Positions 1-12,512 are shown, numbered from the stretch's first letter. The stretch: 43,917 bases of DNA from Tubiluchus corallicola (GCA_030141605.1 JAQGDQ010001375.1:1-43917), one strand, 5' to 3'. Numbers and translations: made by a program. Notes: a model not told the origin generated them from the letters alone.

Positions 1-2456
1 GTTCTCATCAGACGTTGGGCTCTTGCAGACGTCCCATCGAGTTTGTCGACGAGGTTGACGTCAGCTGTAGCGCTGCCACTGGCGCTGCTGCTGCTGCCCA
101 ATGTAGCTGCAAATGCAGTAGGGAAGAGTGTGACGCTTTAAGATTCGATCAAGATCAATTAGCAGCCGGTTCTCATCAGACGTCGGGCTCTTGCAGACGT
201 CCCATCGAGTTTGCCGACGAGGTTGACGCCAGCTGTAGCGCTGCCACTGGCGCTGCTGCTGGTGGTGCTAGCATAATCAACGCTAATTGTAGCGGGTTTT
301 TAAGTGATGACGATGACGACGACGATTTCGGTCAATTCGACGTCGACGCGATGATGGAAGAGGATAATGATGATGATGATGATGGAGATGACAATGACGG
401 TTTTGACAACGAGGATGACGATGACGAGGAACAAAGACGAGGACCAGGTATTACCTAGCACCAAGACGTCTGCGACAGCACCACCAGCAGCAGCAGCAGC
501 AGCAGTGCTGCCACCTCCAAGATTGCATCACCTTCCAATCATCACTGCTAGAATGATGACTAGAACAGCAGCTGTACCTAAAACTGCGCCACCGACGCCG
601 CCACCACCGCCACCACCACCGTCGAGATTACAGCAGCACAATGTCAACATTCGGGTCGCGTCTGCTAGCAATATTTCGCCACCGCTAACATCAACAACAT
701 CGACAGCAACAACAACAACAACAGTGGCGTCATCAACGAGCAATGGGTCCCCCACCCAACATCGTTTTTTGTCAACCCGAGGAAAGGTACACCCCATCAG
801 GATAAAGATAAAAGAATATTTTAAAAAGTAAATACACTTCAGTCTCTGGCAATTTTAGTCTAATAGTAAAGCACCTCAGTTTTTTTCTCTTTGTACATCT
901 AATCTAGATAAAAGTAAAATTTTAAATACCCTATTGTCAAAAAAGAAATCATTCAATAAAAATGTGGCTAATGCAACTTGTGAGTTTTTGGGATTATATA
1001 TATATATCCTCGCCTAAAAAATACTGACTTGTTGAAATGCATGCAGACTAGAAGGCTGCAGGCATTCAATTATCTAGATCGCAGCTGTCCTACTGTCTGC
1101 TTGCTGTACATTCCAACGGGCTTTTAAAAAAACAGGTACATGCACTTAAATAGTCGCGGGTGTCATGTCTCGCAAGTCAATTAACGGATTAAGCCCTCAT
1201 TAGCTAGGTAGTCGAGTCAATTACCGGATTAAGCAATAGACACGTGCCTGCCTTGACGTCTGATCAGATGAGTGCATTCGTTGCGGGTTTAAACATGCGA
1301 GTTAGTACAGATAGAAAGATTTTTACAAAATAGACACGTGCCTGCCTTGGCGCCTGATCGGATGAGTGCATTCGTTGCGGGTTTAAACATGCGAGTTAGT
1401 ACAGATAGAAAGATTTTACAAAATGAAAAGATAATTTTAAGTAACATTAGTTATTATTGTTCTGTCGGATAAAAAAGTGGATGATGACCAAAGATCAGAC
1501 TCTGCTTTAGGTAATACCGCGTCATCATCATCATCGTCGTCATCATCATCATCGTTGGATACAGTTGACAAAAAAATAAAGAAACCCAGAAATTAATCAT
1601 GCTCGGCGACGTGTGAGTAGACTGTATGTTACACGTGGTAACGTTCGTGCTAATGGTCGGCCCGTGCTAACAATCGTGCTCGGCGGTGTGTGCGCGTGTG
1701 AGTAGACTGTATGTTGCACGATGCGACCGCATTGGATGGAGCGAAGGAGGCTTTTCGGCGACGGCATCCATCCATCCATCCATCCATCTCGGATAAAGGT
1801 AGGATAAAATTTTTGAAAATTGTATTGCAACTTAGACACGCATAAAAGAACATTCTAACCCGGATGAGGGTGGGGTAAAATTTTAAAAAATTGCATGGCA
1901 ATTTAGACTCGCATAAAAGAACATCCTAACCATTTAACGACGACGACGAGACTGTGCACTGCTGCACGTGGGTAGAGAAATCTTTTAGCCCATTATCTAG
2001 CTAGCTAGGCGGCGAGAGTCGATTACCGGATTAGCCACAATTAGGGTGGAGCAAGCAAAGTGCGCAGCGAGCGCGTGTCGAACGGACGACTGCATTTACT
2101 GCGGAGGGGGGGTGTTCTCGCCGGGCGCACCCCCCCCAAAGCGTGCGGGAGTTCCAACCGTCACTCCTAATCCTTAAATCGAGCACTTAACTAGCGCAAC
2201 AATAGACCCACTTCACTTTTTTTTAGGGGGTGATTTTTGTTCCCACCCCCGGCAGCCGAGCGGGGCGTGGCTCGTCGACCAACCGTCACTCCTAATCCTT
2301 AAATTGGTCACTTAACTAGCACGACAATAGAGCCACTTCACTTTTTTAGGGGTGTTTCCGGATTTTCGCACTTTTTTAGGGGTGTTTTTCCCCACCCCCC
2401 CGGGGAAATCCCCACCCCCCCGGGAAATCGGCCAGAGGTGTAACATCTAACCTACT
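1..2456. mobile_element. Probable right end of a Polinton/Maverick-like element (terminal ORF plus repeat-rich TIR region)
   Basis: GC-richer block ending abruptly at ...TAACATCTAACCTACT (2456); reverse complement begins AGTAGG, resembling Polinton AGTAG(T) termini. Subterminal G/C runs and several short direct duplications (~94 bp at 1235-1424, 71 bp at 1790-1931, ~124 bp at 2155-2360). No hallmark gene (pPolB, integrase) is in the window. Confidence 0.5.
3..458 (+). CDS. 3' end of an intronless low-complexity acidic ORF (open from the window edge), probably element-encoded
   Basis: Frame open from base 3 to TAG at 456-458; internal repeat with 168-bp (56-aa) period (GSCRRPIEF.DEVD.SCSAATGAAA) and a D/E-rich tail; AATAAA at 955. 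Confidence 0.4.
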   Translation, partial: SHQTLGSCRRPIEFVDEVDVSCSAATGAAAAAQCSCKCSREECDALRFDQDQLAAGSHQTSGSCRRPIEFADEVDASCSAATGAAAGGASIINANCSGFLSDDDDDDDFGQFDVDAMMEEDNDDDDDGDDNDGFDNEDDDDEEQRRGPGIT

Positions 2457-2554
2457 CATGCCGACGTACAAAATTTATTATTCATGGGCCCAGGGACTTC
2501 ATGAGTTACAGGGTACCGGCAATGTACCGGCTGCACCCCCTCCCCTTGGGCCTG
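2457..2554. mobile_element. Terminal fragment of a hAT-like non-autonomous element, apparently interrupted by the element to its left
   Basis: Ends in CCGGCTGCACCCCCTCCCCTTGGGCCTG (reverse complement CAGGCCC..GGGGGTGCAGCCGG), a CAGG-type terminus; the other end is not in the window. Confidence 0.3.
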
Positions 2555-2647
2555 CAGTTCACACCTCACACTTAGTAACTCACAAAAAGGTTAATGAATT
2601 TTATTATTTTTAGATTAAGTTTGGATTTTGAAGAACTCTCAGAGAGA

Positions 2648-2689
2648 ATGGAATACAAAATATATTTCGTGCTGTTCTTGCTGCAACTG
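2648..2689 (+). CDS. Signal-peptide exon (MEYKIYFVLFLLQL) of a putative secreted Tyr-rich peptide gene
   Basis: Acceptor TTATTTTTAG ending at 2613, ATG at 2648 with purine at -3 and G at +4, 14 codons (basic residue then hydrophobic core), perfect phase-0 GTAAGT donor at 2690. Joins in frame to every downstream cassette and gives an A-Q-A cleavage motif with most. Confidence 0.75.
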
Positions 2690-3015
2690 GTAAGTACAAT
2701 TCTATTGGCGTGCTTATGCATACATATTTCTATTTTTTATTTTAGTGCATTACAGTATTTTGACTTTTGTAAAAATCAAAATGCTCTTCCACTGCAATTT
2801 TTTTGTTTTCAAAAAGAATTTTTTCCCAATGGAAACACAAACAAAGCTATTGGTATTATTTTTTAACCGAGTTCCAAGAATGATATCACAACATTTTCAA
2901 AAATATTGACATTTACTGGATTTATTCTCGAAATTAACTCCTTTCTGGTACGTTGTAATTGAGACTTCTTCTTCCCATCATAGGAATAGCCGAGGGTCAC
3001 TGCGTATGCTTGGAA

Positions 3016-3066
3016 ACCGAAATTAAGCAACCCTGGGCCTGGTTTGTAAACGGACGAGCAACTGCC
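3016..3066 (+). mobile_element. Degenerate 5S-derived SINE head fragment (similar relic at ~5408-5437)
   Basis: ACCGAAATTAAGCAACCCTGGGCCTGGTTTGTA aligns to ACCGAAGTTAAGCAACGCAGAGCCTGGTTAGTA of the 5S head at ~19430. Confidence 0.45.
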
Positions 3067-3394
3067 AGTGAAACTATATCTGGGCAGTTATATTTGCAAC
3101 ATTTAATTATTTCGTCGAGCAAGAATGGGTTTTTAAACGTGGCTGAGACACTTCTGTTGGTTCAGTACCTCATTACTTGCACTCAAGGCAGGCAGAACTG
3201 CCTTGGTCCAAGTCAAAACTAAAACTTGTGGGGTCATGGATGGGTCTTGTTCAGTTTCGGAATGTGCCATAAGTTTTTTTACGTATGTATGATTGATATT
3301 AGCACAAATTGTCCTTTTTTAAAAAATTGATTAGGTGATTAAAATTTCGACAAATTTGTGACGTAATTAGTAGAACCAATGACGTTCCTTCTAG

Positions 3395-3484
3395 GTTTTT
3401 GTTGTTGCACAGGCAGGGTTTTTATGGGGCGACTGTTTTCTCGATTTGGATCGTCGAATTTATGAAACTGAGAAAGAAGTATGA
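3395..3484 (+). CDS. Peptide cassette exon 1: VFVVAQAGFLWGDCFLDLDRRIYETEKEV* (tail shortened by deletion)
   Basis: TTCCTTCTAG acceptor, phase 0, homologous to the other cassettes. Confidence 0.6.
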   Translation, partial: VFVVAQAGFLWGDCFLDLDRRIYETEKEV

Positions 3485-3940
3485 TTAAATGGGAGTGAAT
3501 CAACATTAATAATTTTTATGACAATTTTAAATCAACCTGGATTATAATTTGGAATGTCTTATTGATTTTTGTAAAATTTATTAATATCCTTCAATTATAT
3601 TTTTGGGCGCACATTAAGCAAATGTTGTCAAGCAAACATTAAGTACAATGAGTTTCCAGTTAATGTGAAGTATTAGTGATGAATTTGAATGCGTAAATCT
3701 AATGTAGATGAACATGATTAATTTTTTTACATTATAAATATAGAACAATGGCTTTCTGTATATGAAATGATGATCAAACTTTCAAATTTCTGTACCATCG
3801 TTGTTATTGTCTGGTCAATATATTACTGTAACTGCTATACCACTGACATCCACTATAGTTAGGACACAGGAATGACTTTCTTCAAAATTTTTATCATCTT
3901 TAAGTTTTAGTGATCGCCACATCTTGCACACTTTTACATA

Positions 3941-4358
3941 CAGTAGCGGATTTAAGGGGTGGGCCCTCCCTTTCACAGTAGCAGTCACAGAACACCAAGT
4001 GAATATTTTCTCAGGATTATAAGCTTTAGAACGTTTAGTTGTAGCTTTTAATGACTTATATCCAGTAAAAAGTTCTGCATTAATGATTTCAGTGCAAAAA
4101 CGTTTGTGACCTTTAAGTGATAAATTGAAGTTTTTGGCAAAGATATCGCTGTGCGCAATTATATAGAGTGTATACTAGTATATTGGTGTGTAATTAAGAG
4201 TCAAAAGTTTGAGGTGACATAATGTGTTTTAAACTATTGAATTTGCTTAAGGAAATAGTAAGAAAAATGGACTAAAATGCAGTAAAATGCATTGGTAGCT
4301 GGGGTTCCCTAGACCCCCTAGCTGCTTTTTCGTTGAGCCCACCCTGTATCCGCCCCTG
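3941..4358. mobile_element. hAT-like MITE inserted in an array unit
   Basis: Imperfect TIRs CAGTAGCGGATTTAAGGGG / CCCTGTATCCGCCCCTG; flanks rejoin into array-unit sequence; TSD not recognisable. Confidence 0.5.
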
Positions 4359-6158
4359 ACCTATGTATGTAGAACTGGAAGATAAAGTATGATTCGTATG
4401 TATACGTATAATACAAACAAGTAAGTCATCTACATCGCAATATTCACGGACTTCTGAAAAATTATATGCGGTATTACACGTTTCATTACCCAAAATACCC
4501 ACAGCCACGTTTCAGATGTCCCTTGCCGTTGAAGATAAACCGCTGTCCGTAGATAGTTTTCTTTACCAGCTATTCTCAATTAAGACGCTTGTAGTGAATT
4601 ACTTAAATAATCCTATTCAAGGTGAGATTGTGATGCCAATGATAAGTTGCATGCTAAAGATGTGAATCACAAAACATATACAGACATCAATTTGTTACAT
4701 AATAATAATAGCAATCAAAACCTTATTATGAAGTTAACCTAGATGTGCCTATTGTGTAGTAGATGGGAATCTAAAAGGCTTATTTTTGCATTGACTAGTA
4801 CAGAAAGAAAAAAATCTAAGAAAGTATATCTTAGAAGCTACGAATGACAGAACCTTAGTTATACATCTTGGATGTTATCAAAAACCTGGATGAGTACAGC
4901 ACAGGCAAATAATTTTTCTTCCACATGGTACACACAGAACAGAAATTATTTGAGCTATCATAAATTTCATCTCAATGTATGCATTCAAAATGTTTCCACG
5001 TTTAAGTGCTACCTAAACTTGCTTCTCAGTGACTAGTTTACCACTCCAGTATTATCCCCGAATGTCTACTGAATTATACAAAAGAAAATTATAAAGGATG
5101 AGCGTAGTTCATGTAATTATGGTCGCAGGGTCCTGCATTGTCTAACGATCATGATATTCGAAGTGTTATCTCAAAGTTTTTGGTTCAAATCCAGCTGCAA
5201 TCCTGATTTTTTAATCTTCGCTACATCAGGCACTGTGTAGAACTAATTCAATTATGATAGTTAAAACACTACCCTAAAATGTGAAAACTATAAAAATCTG
5301 CTTAGATTTAAAAATTCTTATTGACATCTGTTAGTACAATGCTCTAATTTTCACCACTAATTAAACTGAAACTTATACTTTTCACTAGGTGTGTGTGTGA
5401 TGCGAATTAAGTTAAGCAACACTGAGCCTAGTTAGTAAGTGTGTCTAATGATAATACCATCAGACAAGTATTTCTGGGCAGTTTCGTCTGCCATATAGCC
5501 TCTAACTATTTATCTCAATGAGGGAGATAAATCTGAATGTTTGGTATCTCATCTTATTACTGATGCAAATCAAATTAGGAATGCTGTCATTCGCTAGTTA
5601 ATAAACATTAGGTTTTTAATAAACTATTACTAGTAAATTACTAATAAACTATAATCACACAAAATTTAGCCACCACACTTCTAAGAAAAACATTTGTATA
5701 GCTAATGGCTCTTCCTTTTCTTTTAAGTATTTCTTGTTGCTGCTCATCCACCATTAATTTCCCCCTTCTGATCGCGAAGTTTATAGATCTGACTTTTCCG
5801 ATAGATTCTATTATTATGAATATTAAAAGGGGCTAGTACCTTGGTCCTTGACATCTTATACACGAGCATCACAGTTCCTCCACCAATCCATTCTAGAGAA
5901 TAAGGGATGGAAACTGTTCCCAAACGAATTAAGTTAACTGCTCTTGCTCGTTTTAAAATTTCTCTTTTTCCAATCATTTGTGCCCAAACTCGCCAGCATT
6001 TAAGCTCTTTCACCTCAAAAGATTCAGTCTTGTCTCAGCACCTCATACAGTCACCCATCAGATTTATGTATTTTGATTTTAAACCTAAGTGAAGTTTAGT
6101 TACATAAAATCATGGCATTTTATGAAATAATTAGTATAACCAATGACTCTTCTTCTAG

Positions 6159-6269
6159 GTCTTTCTTGTTGCTCAAGCCACGTTTCCATTTGTTGGCTAC
6201 TTTCCGGATTTTCATCGTCGAGCTTATGAAACTGATTATTATGAAGAACCATATTACTATATTATATAA
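6159..6269 (+). CDS. Peptide cassette exon 2: VFLVAQATFPFVGYFPDFHRRAYETDYYEEPYYYII*
   Basis: GACTCTTCTTCTAG acceptor, open frame, stop at the conserved position, AATAAA at 6492. Confidence 0.75.
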   Translation, partial: VFLVAQATFPFVGYFPDFHRRAYETDYYEEPYYYII

Positions 6270-7732
6270 ACACGTCTGGAGAAAAAAGGATGATTAAATG
6301 GCAACAAATCAATATTAACGATTTTATGTCAATTTTAATTCACCTTAACTGTTTTATTGATTTTTCTTCACTTTTCTAAATGCATACTAGTGTGTGCTAA
6401 TTAATTACTAATCATACTTTTGGGTACACAATAAACAGGTATGGTCAAGCAAACTTTAATTACAATAGGTGTCTTGTAAGTTTGAACTATGAATAAAATT
6501 GATGTCTAATTTGGATGAACAATGAATGATTTTTTTTACATTATAAATATATGCCTTTAGAAAGTTGGACTGGCTTTACCTTTTTTCTGATTAATCATCG
6601 TTCATCAATATTTGCTGGTGAACAAACGTTCACCATGTTGTATCATCAATGTCATTGTCTGCATCATTATATGCTGCCAATTCATCCATGACGTCATCAA
6701 CAATATTTACCAACAGGTTGATAAAAAACACCAATAAATTACATTTTTCAAGTTTTTTGTCAACTTTCAGTTTCAGTAGTCTACACATTTTACACACTTT
6801 TCAATGTTATACAGAATTCGTTTATATTACATTGTATACATACAATATATGTAACTAAATCATGTACAATGCAATAATTGTAAATAAGAAGTTATATGTA
6901 CTGTTACAAGTTTCAGCTCTCTAAACACAGACAACAACGCTATTTAGGTGAATATAATTCGTTTTTGATTTCGTAGAAGATGGATTTAGAAATGGCTTTA
7001 CGTATATAGATTGTTTAAAATTTATCAGTTTTTGTAACGTCATTGTCATAATCTTTGTCATAAGTTATGTCACCATCACCACTGAAGTCATCTCTGTTAT
7101 CGTTAGGTGGATTAAAAATACCAGTAATTACGTTTTCCAAAATACATCTTCCCCGTGCTCAAGTGATAACAACCGTTGTCACACTATGAAAGAGTTTAAT
7201 TTCAAGTTTCAGAAAAATTTGGTTGAGTTTGGACTTAGTTTGAGCAGAAAGGAGAAGAATATTCAAAGTGTAGCCCCTACATCGTTTGGCAAGTGCCTCT
7301 GTTCACAATGATGGGCTCAAAAAATAGATTCAACAGCAGATTAGAGTAGGTTTGGGAAGAATCTGTTCTGGAGAAAGAAGGGGGAAAGGACATTGGCCCT
7401 TGATGTGTCATACGTGAGCATCACACTTTCTCGCCAAATCATTTTTGGAGAATAAAAGATGGGAAACTCCCCAAATAGGATAATATTACTGCAGTTGCTA
7501 GTGTTAAAACATTTCAGTTTCCAGTAATATTGTGTCCAAGTTTGCATGTGTCAAAATGCAAAGTACTTAAGCTATTGTGCCCCACAAGTTTTAGTCTTGG
7601 TCTTGGCCCTGCCTCTTATACAATCACGCACTGGATTTATGTGTTTCAGCTTTAAAACTAACTAAAGCTTAGCTACTTAAGATTATGATATTTTTATGAA
7701 CTAATTAGTAAAGCGAATGACTCTTCTTCTAG

Positions 7733-7846
7733 GTTTTTCTTGTTGCACAAGCTGGGGTTCCATTTATTAACTACTTTCCGGATTTCGATCATCGAGTTTA
7801 TGAAACTGATTTTTATGAAGAACCATATTATTACTATATGATATAA
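7733..7846 (+). CDS. Peptide cassette exon 3: VFLVAQAGVPFINYFPDFDHRVYETDFYEEPYYYYMI*
   Basis: Conserved acceptor, in-frame +3 nt indel relative to cassette 2, AATAAA at 8070. Confidence 0.75.
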   Translation, partial: VFLVAQAGVPFINYFPDFDHRVYETDFYEEPYYYYMI

Positions 7847-8986
7847 GCAAGTCTGTTGAAAGAAGCATGATTAAATGGCAATAAGTCAATATAAACGATT
7901 TTATATCAATTTTAATTCACCTTAACTGTTTTATTGATTTTTTTCTAACTTTTCTAAATGCATATTAATGTGTGCTAATTAATTACAAATTATGCTTTTG
8001 GGTACACATTAAACGGATATAGTCAAGCAAACATTAATTACAATAGGTATCACGTAAGTGTGAACTATGAATAAAATTGATGTATAAGTCTAATTTAGAT
8101 GAATATGAATGATTTTCTTACGTTATAAATATATGCCTTTAGAAACTTGGACAGGCTTTACCTTTTTCTGATTCATCATCGTTCATCAACATTGGTTGGT
8201 GAACAAATGTCTAAGATGTTACATCATCATTGTTATTGTGTTCATCATTATTGCTGTCACTTTATCCAGTGACATTATCCACTCTAATTACCTTGCAGGT
8301 TAATAAACACCAGTAGAAATTTTTGTCACCTTTCATTTTCAGTAATCTACACATTTTGCACACTTTCGTGTGCACACAGAATTCGAAGAACATTGCAGTA
8401 TATACATATAATATAAGTAACTACATCACGTATTATGAAATAATTGCAGATAAGAAGTTGTATTTGTTCTTATAAGTTTCAGCACCCTAGACACAGACAA
8501 CAATGCTGTTTGGTTGAACAGAATTCGTATAATATTATGACCTCATAAAATGCAGATTTAAAAAATGGTTTTACGTACATTGATTTGTTTTAAACCTATA
8601 AATTTCTGGTAGGCTGGGAAACCAGAAATTCTGTAGAAGAAGGGGACAATGACAACGGCCTTTGAGATCTCGTACACGAGCATCACATTTTATCCACCAA
8701 TCAGTTCTGGAGAATAAAAGATGGAAAGTGTCTTCAAAGTGATTAATATATCAATTCTTGCTCGTGTTAAAAATGTCTGTTTCCAACCATTTTTTGTCCA
8801 AATTTGCATGTGTTCAAACATCCGACTAGTTAAGCCCTTGCACCCCACAAGTTTTAGTCTTGGCTCAGCCCCTTATACAATAATGCATTAGATTTGTTTA
8901 TTTTGGTTTTAAAACTAACGAAGGTTTAGCTGCTTAAAATCACCACATTATGAAATAATTTGTATAGCGAATGACTCTTCTTCTAG

Positions 8987-9103
8987 GTTTTCCTTCTTGC
9001 TCAAGCCGGGTTTCCATTTACTGATTACTTTCCGGATTTTGATCGTCGAGTTTATTATGAAACTGATTATTATGAAGAACCATATTATTACTATATTATA
9101 TAA
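8987..9103 (+). CDS. Peptide cassette exon 4: VFLLAQAGFPFTDYFPDFDRRVYYETDYYEEPYYYYII*
   Basis: Conserved acceptor, two in-frame TAT insertions relative to cassette 2, AATAAA at 9487. Confidence 0.75.
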   Translation, partial: VFLLAQAGFPFTDYFPDFDRRVYYETDYYEEPYYYYII

Positions 9104-10578
9104 GCAAGTCTGTTGAAAGAAGTATGCTTAAATGGCAATAAGTCAATATAAACGATTTTATGTCAATTTTAATTCAACTTAACTGTTTTATTGACTTTTT
9201 CCAACTTTTCTAAATGCATATTAATGTGTGCTAATTAATTCCTAATTATGCTTTTGAGTACACATTAACCAGATTTGGTCAAGTAAACATTAATTGCAAT
9301 AGACGTCATGTAAATGCGACATTCTAATCTCGTGTCTATCTAATTCGCCTTAGATTGTTTTAATGATTTTTTTCAACTTTGCTGATTGTGCATTAAGATG
9401 AAAGAATTATGTTTTCGGGAACACATTAATCAATCATTGTCAAACAAAAATTAATTACAACAATTCTCCTGCAAATGTGAATTCTGAATAAAGTAAATAT
9501 TTAACTCTAATTTAGTTGAGTATGATTGATTTTTACATTAGAACTGTATGTCTTTAGAAAGTTAGATGGCTGTACCTTTTTCTCTAATTCATCATCAATC
9601 AACAATATTGGTTAGTGATCAAACCTCCAAAATATTGTGTCCCCATATTCATTGTGTTTGTCATTATTGCAGTCACTGCTGAATACTAACGTTGTACACT
9701 ATTAACGCAGGTTAATAAAAAACTTTGAGTTATAATTCTCACAATTTTTATCGTCTTTCTCCTTCAATAACCTATACATCTTGCACTTTTACATAATTAT
9801 TTATACAAAATTTGAAGATGTTACAGTGTATACATTCAGCAATAGCAGATAAGAAGTTATATGTGCTCTTAGAAGTTTCAGCCCCCTAAACACAGACAAC
9901 AATGCTGCTTAGATGAACATAATTAGTTTGAAATAACATTTTATATTGCAAGATGAACATAATTTGTTTGAAATAACATTTCATGTTGCAAATATGAGAT
10001 CATATTTTATGATCTCATAAAATATAGATTTAAGAAAATGGCTTTACATATATAGATTGATATCAAATGTATATGTTTCTGTGCCATTGTTTTCATTGTC
10101 TTTATTAGTGTTACCTTCGTCATCACTACTGAAGTATCGTCTATTATCACATAGGTTGATTAAAAAACGCGATTAATTATATGATCAAGTGGTAGAACAA
10201 TGGCTATGATGCAATATGCCAGATTTTTATTCCAAATTTGGGAAAAAATGTGGATAGCTTTATGGTCTGGTAGGTGCCTCAATTCATAACGATTGACTCA
10301 GAAAAATAGAATCAACGGTAGACTAGGGTAGGTTTGGTAACAATCATTCCTGGAGAAAAAGAGGAAAAGTACGTTAACTGGCCTTTGACATCTTGTATAT
10401 CGCACTTTCTCGATCAATTCTGGAGAATTTAAGATGGGATATACCTCGAAACTGATTAATGCTACTACTCCTGATCGCGTTAAAATTTTCCAATCATCTT
10501 GTGTCCAAATTTACCTGAGCCCAAACGCGCGGGGGTTTAAGCCCTAGCACCCACAAGTTTTAGTCTTGGCCTAGCCCC

Positions 10579-11250
10579 TTATTATTATTAACGTCATTTT
10601 ATTTCGAGCATACTTTATGTTAGTAATTCATGAAAAGTGTTAGCAGTCAAGGTTATTTATACAATTAGTAATAAAACAAAATAACAATTGTAAAAAGGAT
10701 TAATGAGCCTAGTATTTCTGATCAAATATATGAGCTGTACAATTTCTTTCAAATTAACCTGTATCCATGTAATCTAGAATTGATTGCAGCTGTGCTGTGT
10801 TTAAAAAAATCAAAATCATTGCATTCTAGGCATTCGATACAGTCTCTAGCCAAATTAACAATTACCTGTTGGTTTCCTATCAAAGCCTTTTCTTCACTGA
10901 TCTCCTTGCCAAAGTATTATATCCATATACTAACTGATAACTACTACAGCTCAACGTATAACATATAAGTCATAAATTAAAATACATTGCTGATTTAACA
11001 GTAAACAGAGCTTGGTGTGTCACAAACTTAACAATAGTGTTACTACTTTGTTTACAATTAAAATAGTATTTAATAAAACGCTTGACAAACTGTTGACTTG
11101 GATGGACAATATTGGCAATATAAGGTAATATATAAGGGTGTTCTCGACATGGGTTCTCGATATGGGAGGCACCATAACTGCCGCACGTCAATATTCCAGG
11201 AATATTGATCAAATTTCAATGACAGTTTTCACGATTACACAGTCGCGTAT
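10579..11250 (-). mobile_element. Insertion in an array unit, possibly a 5'-truncated LINE 3' end with short (TAA)n tail
   Basis: Interrupts the unit between GCCCCTTAT and TAGCTACTTAA; begins with TTATTATTATTA; absent from the other units. Confidence 0.35.
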
Positions 11251-11317
11251 TAGATTAGCTACTTAAAATCAGACGTTTTAATGAAATAATTTGTAAAGCG
11301 AATGACTCTTCTTCTAG

Positions 11318-11428
11318 GGTTTTCTTGTTGTTCACTCCGCTTATCTGTGGACGGACTACTTTCCGGATTTTGATCGTGGAATTTATGAAACTGATTTTGA
11401 CGAAGACCCATACTACTATATTATATAA
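11318..11428 (+). CDS. Peptide cassette exon 5: GFLVVHSAYLWTDYFPDFDRGIYETDFDEDPYYYII*
   Basis: Conserved acceptor and stop, conservative E>D and synonymous TAT/TAC changes, AATAAA at 11650. Confidence 0.75.
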   Translation, partial: GFLVVHSAYLWTDYFPDFDRGIYETDFDEDPYYYII

Positions 11429-12236
11429 ATGTACCTGAGAAAAAAGCATGATTAAAGGCAACAAATCCATATTAATGATTTTTATGTCAATTTTAATTTA
11501 CCTTAGACTGTTTTATTAATTTTCTTTAACTTTTCTTTTCTATGCACCTATGTTAAGGTGCCTTAATTATGTTTCCTGTTCACATTAACTAAACATTGAC
11601 AAGTAAACACATATTACAATGCGTCGTGATTTGTAAAATGTGATTTATGAATAAAATGGATATGTGAATTTAATTTAGATTAATGTGACTGATTTTTTAC
11701 ATTATAAATAATTACATTATAAATCCTGCTGCCACTGACGTCATCCACTATAATTATCCTAGCCACAGATTGATACAAAACACCAAAACACCATGAATTA
11801 TATTCTCATAAGTTTTTATCATCTTTCAAATTCAGTAATCTACATATCTAAATTGATTTAAAACGTATAAGTTTTGTACCATCATTGTCAAATACGGCTT
11901 CGTCACTATTGCTGTCGCCATCGCCGCTGACGTCATCACCTATTACCTTGTATGTTAATTAAAAACACCAGAAATTATATTCTCAAAATTTTTTAAGTTA
12001 TCTTTCTTTGTATACAGAATTGGAAGTCATTACAGTGCATAATTGTGACTGTATTCTCACAATGAGTACTCACGATGTAAGCAACTAAATTATCCGCATC
12101 ATTATCTACGCAATATACTCACAGAAAAGAAATTAGCTGTAGGCCTATTACATTACGTTTCAGCAACCTAAACAATAAACACAGGGATTCGTGGTTTAGA
12201 TACACTGTATAGATAGTTACTTTCCCAACTTTTTAA

Positions 12237-12512
12237 TACTGTCATTGTCTTCACCACCATAGTCACTAGTGTCATCCTTTAGAATGGCATTGCACCTTGA
12301 TTAAAGGGCAAGGAAACAAAATTCTTTACTATTGTCATTGTCTTCACGACCATAGTCACTGGTGTCATTTTTTAGAATAGGGTTACACATTGATTAAAGG
12401 ACAATGAAACAGAATTATTTACTATTGTCATTGTCTTCACCACCATAGTCGCTAGTGTTCTCCTTTAGAATAGCGTTACACATTGATTAAAGGACAAGGA
12501 AACAGAATTATT
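12237..12512. repeat. 93-bp tandem repeat, 3 copies (2 copies in the right arm at ~35220-35400)
   Basis: GTCATTGTCTTCAC recurs at 12241, 12334 and 12427. Confidence 0.9.

Noticed and set aside
367-831. T/P/A-rich 154-aa ORF and its antisense ORF
   Set aside because: Built from trinucleotide low-complexity runs overlapping the acidic ORF; may be real within the element but cannot be supported.
2041-2380. TTAGGG motifs as telomeric repeats
   Set aside because: Isolated occurrences within T-run/G-run sequence, not tandem.
2594-2866. 90-aa single-exon membrane protein
   Set aside because: Read-through around a short exon bounded by a good acceptor (2613) and donor (2690); the rest is T-rich intron.
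6112-6297. ORF-track translations over cassettes (6112-6297 +, 11255-11470 -, 12906-13127 -, 36284-36499 +)
   Set aside because: Wrong frame or strand; these frames are not kept open across all units, unlike the acceptor-defined frame.
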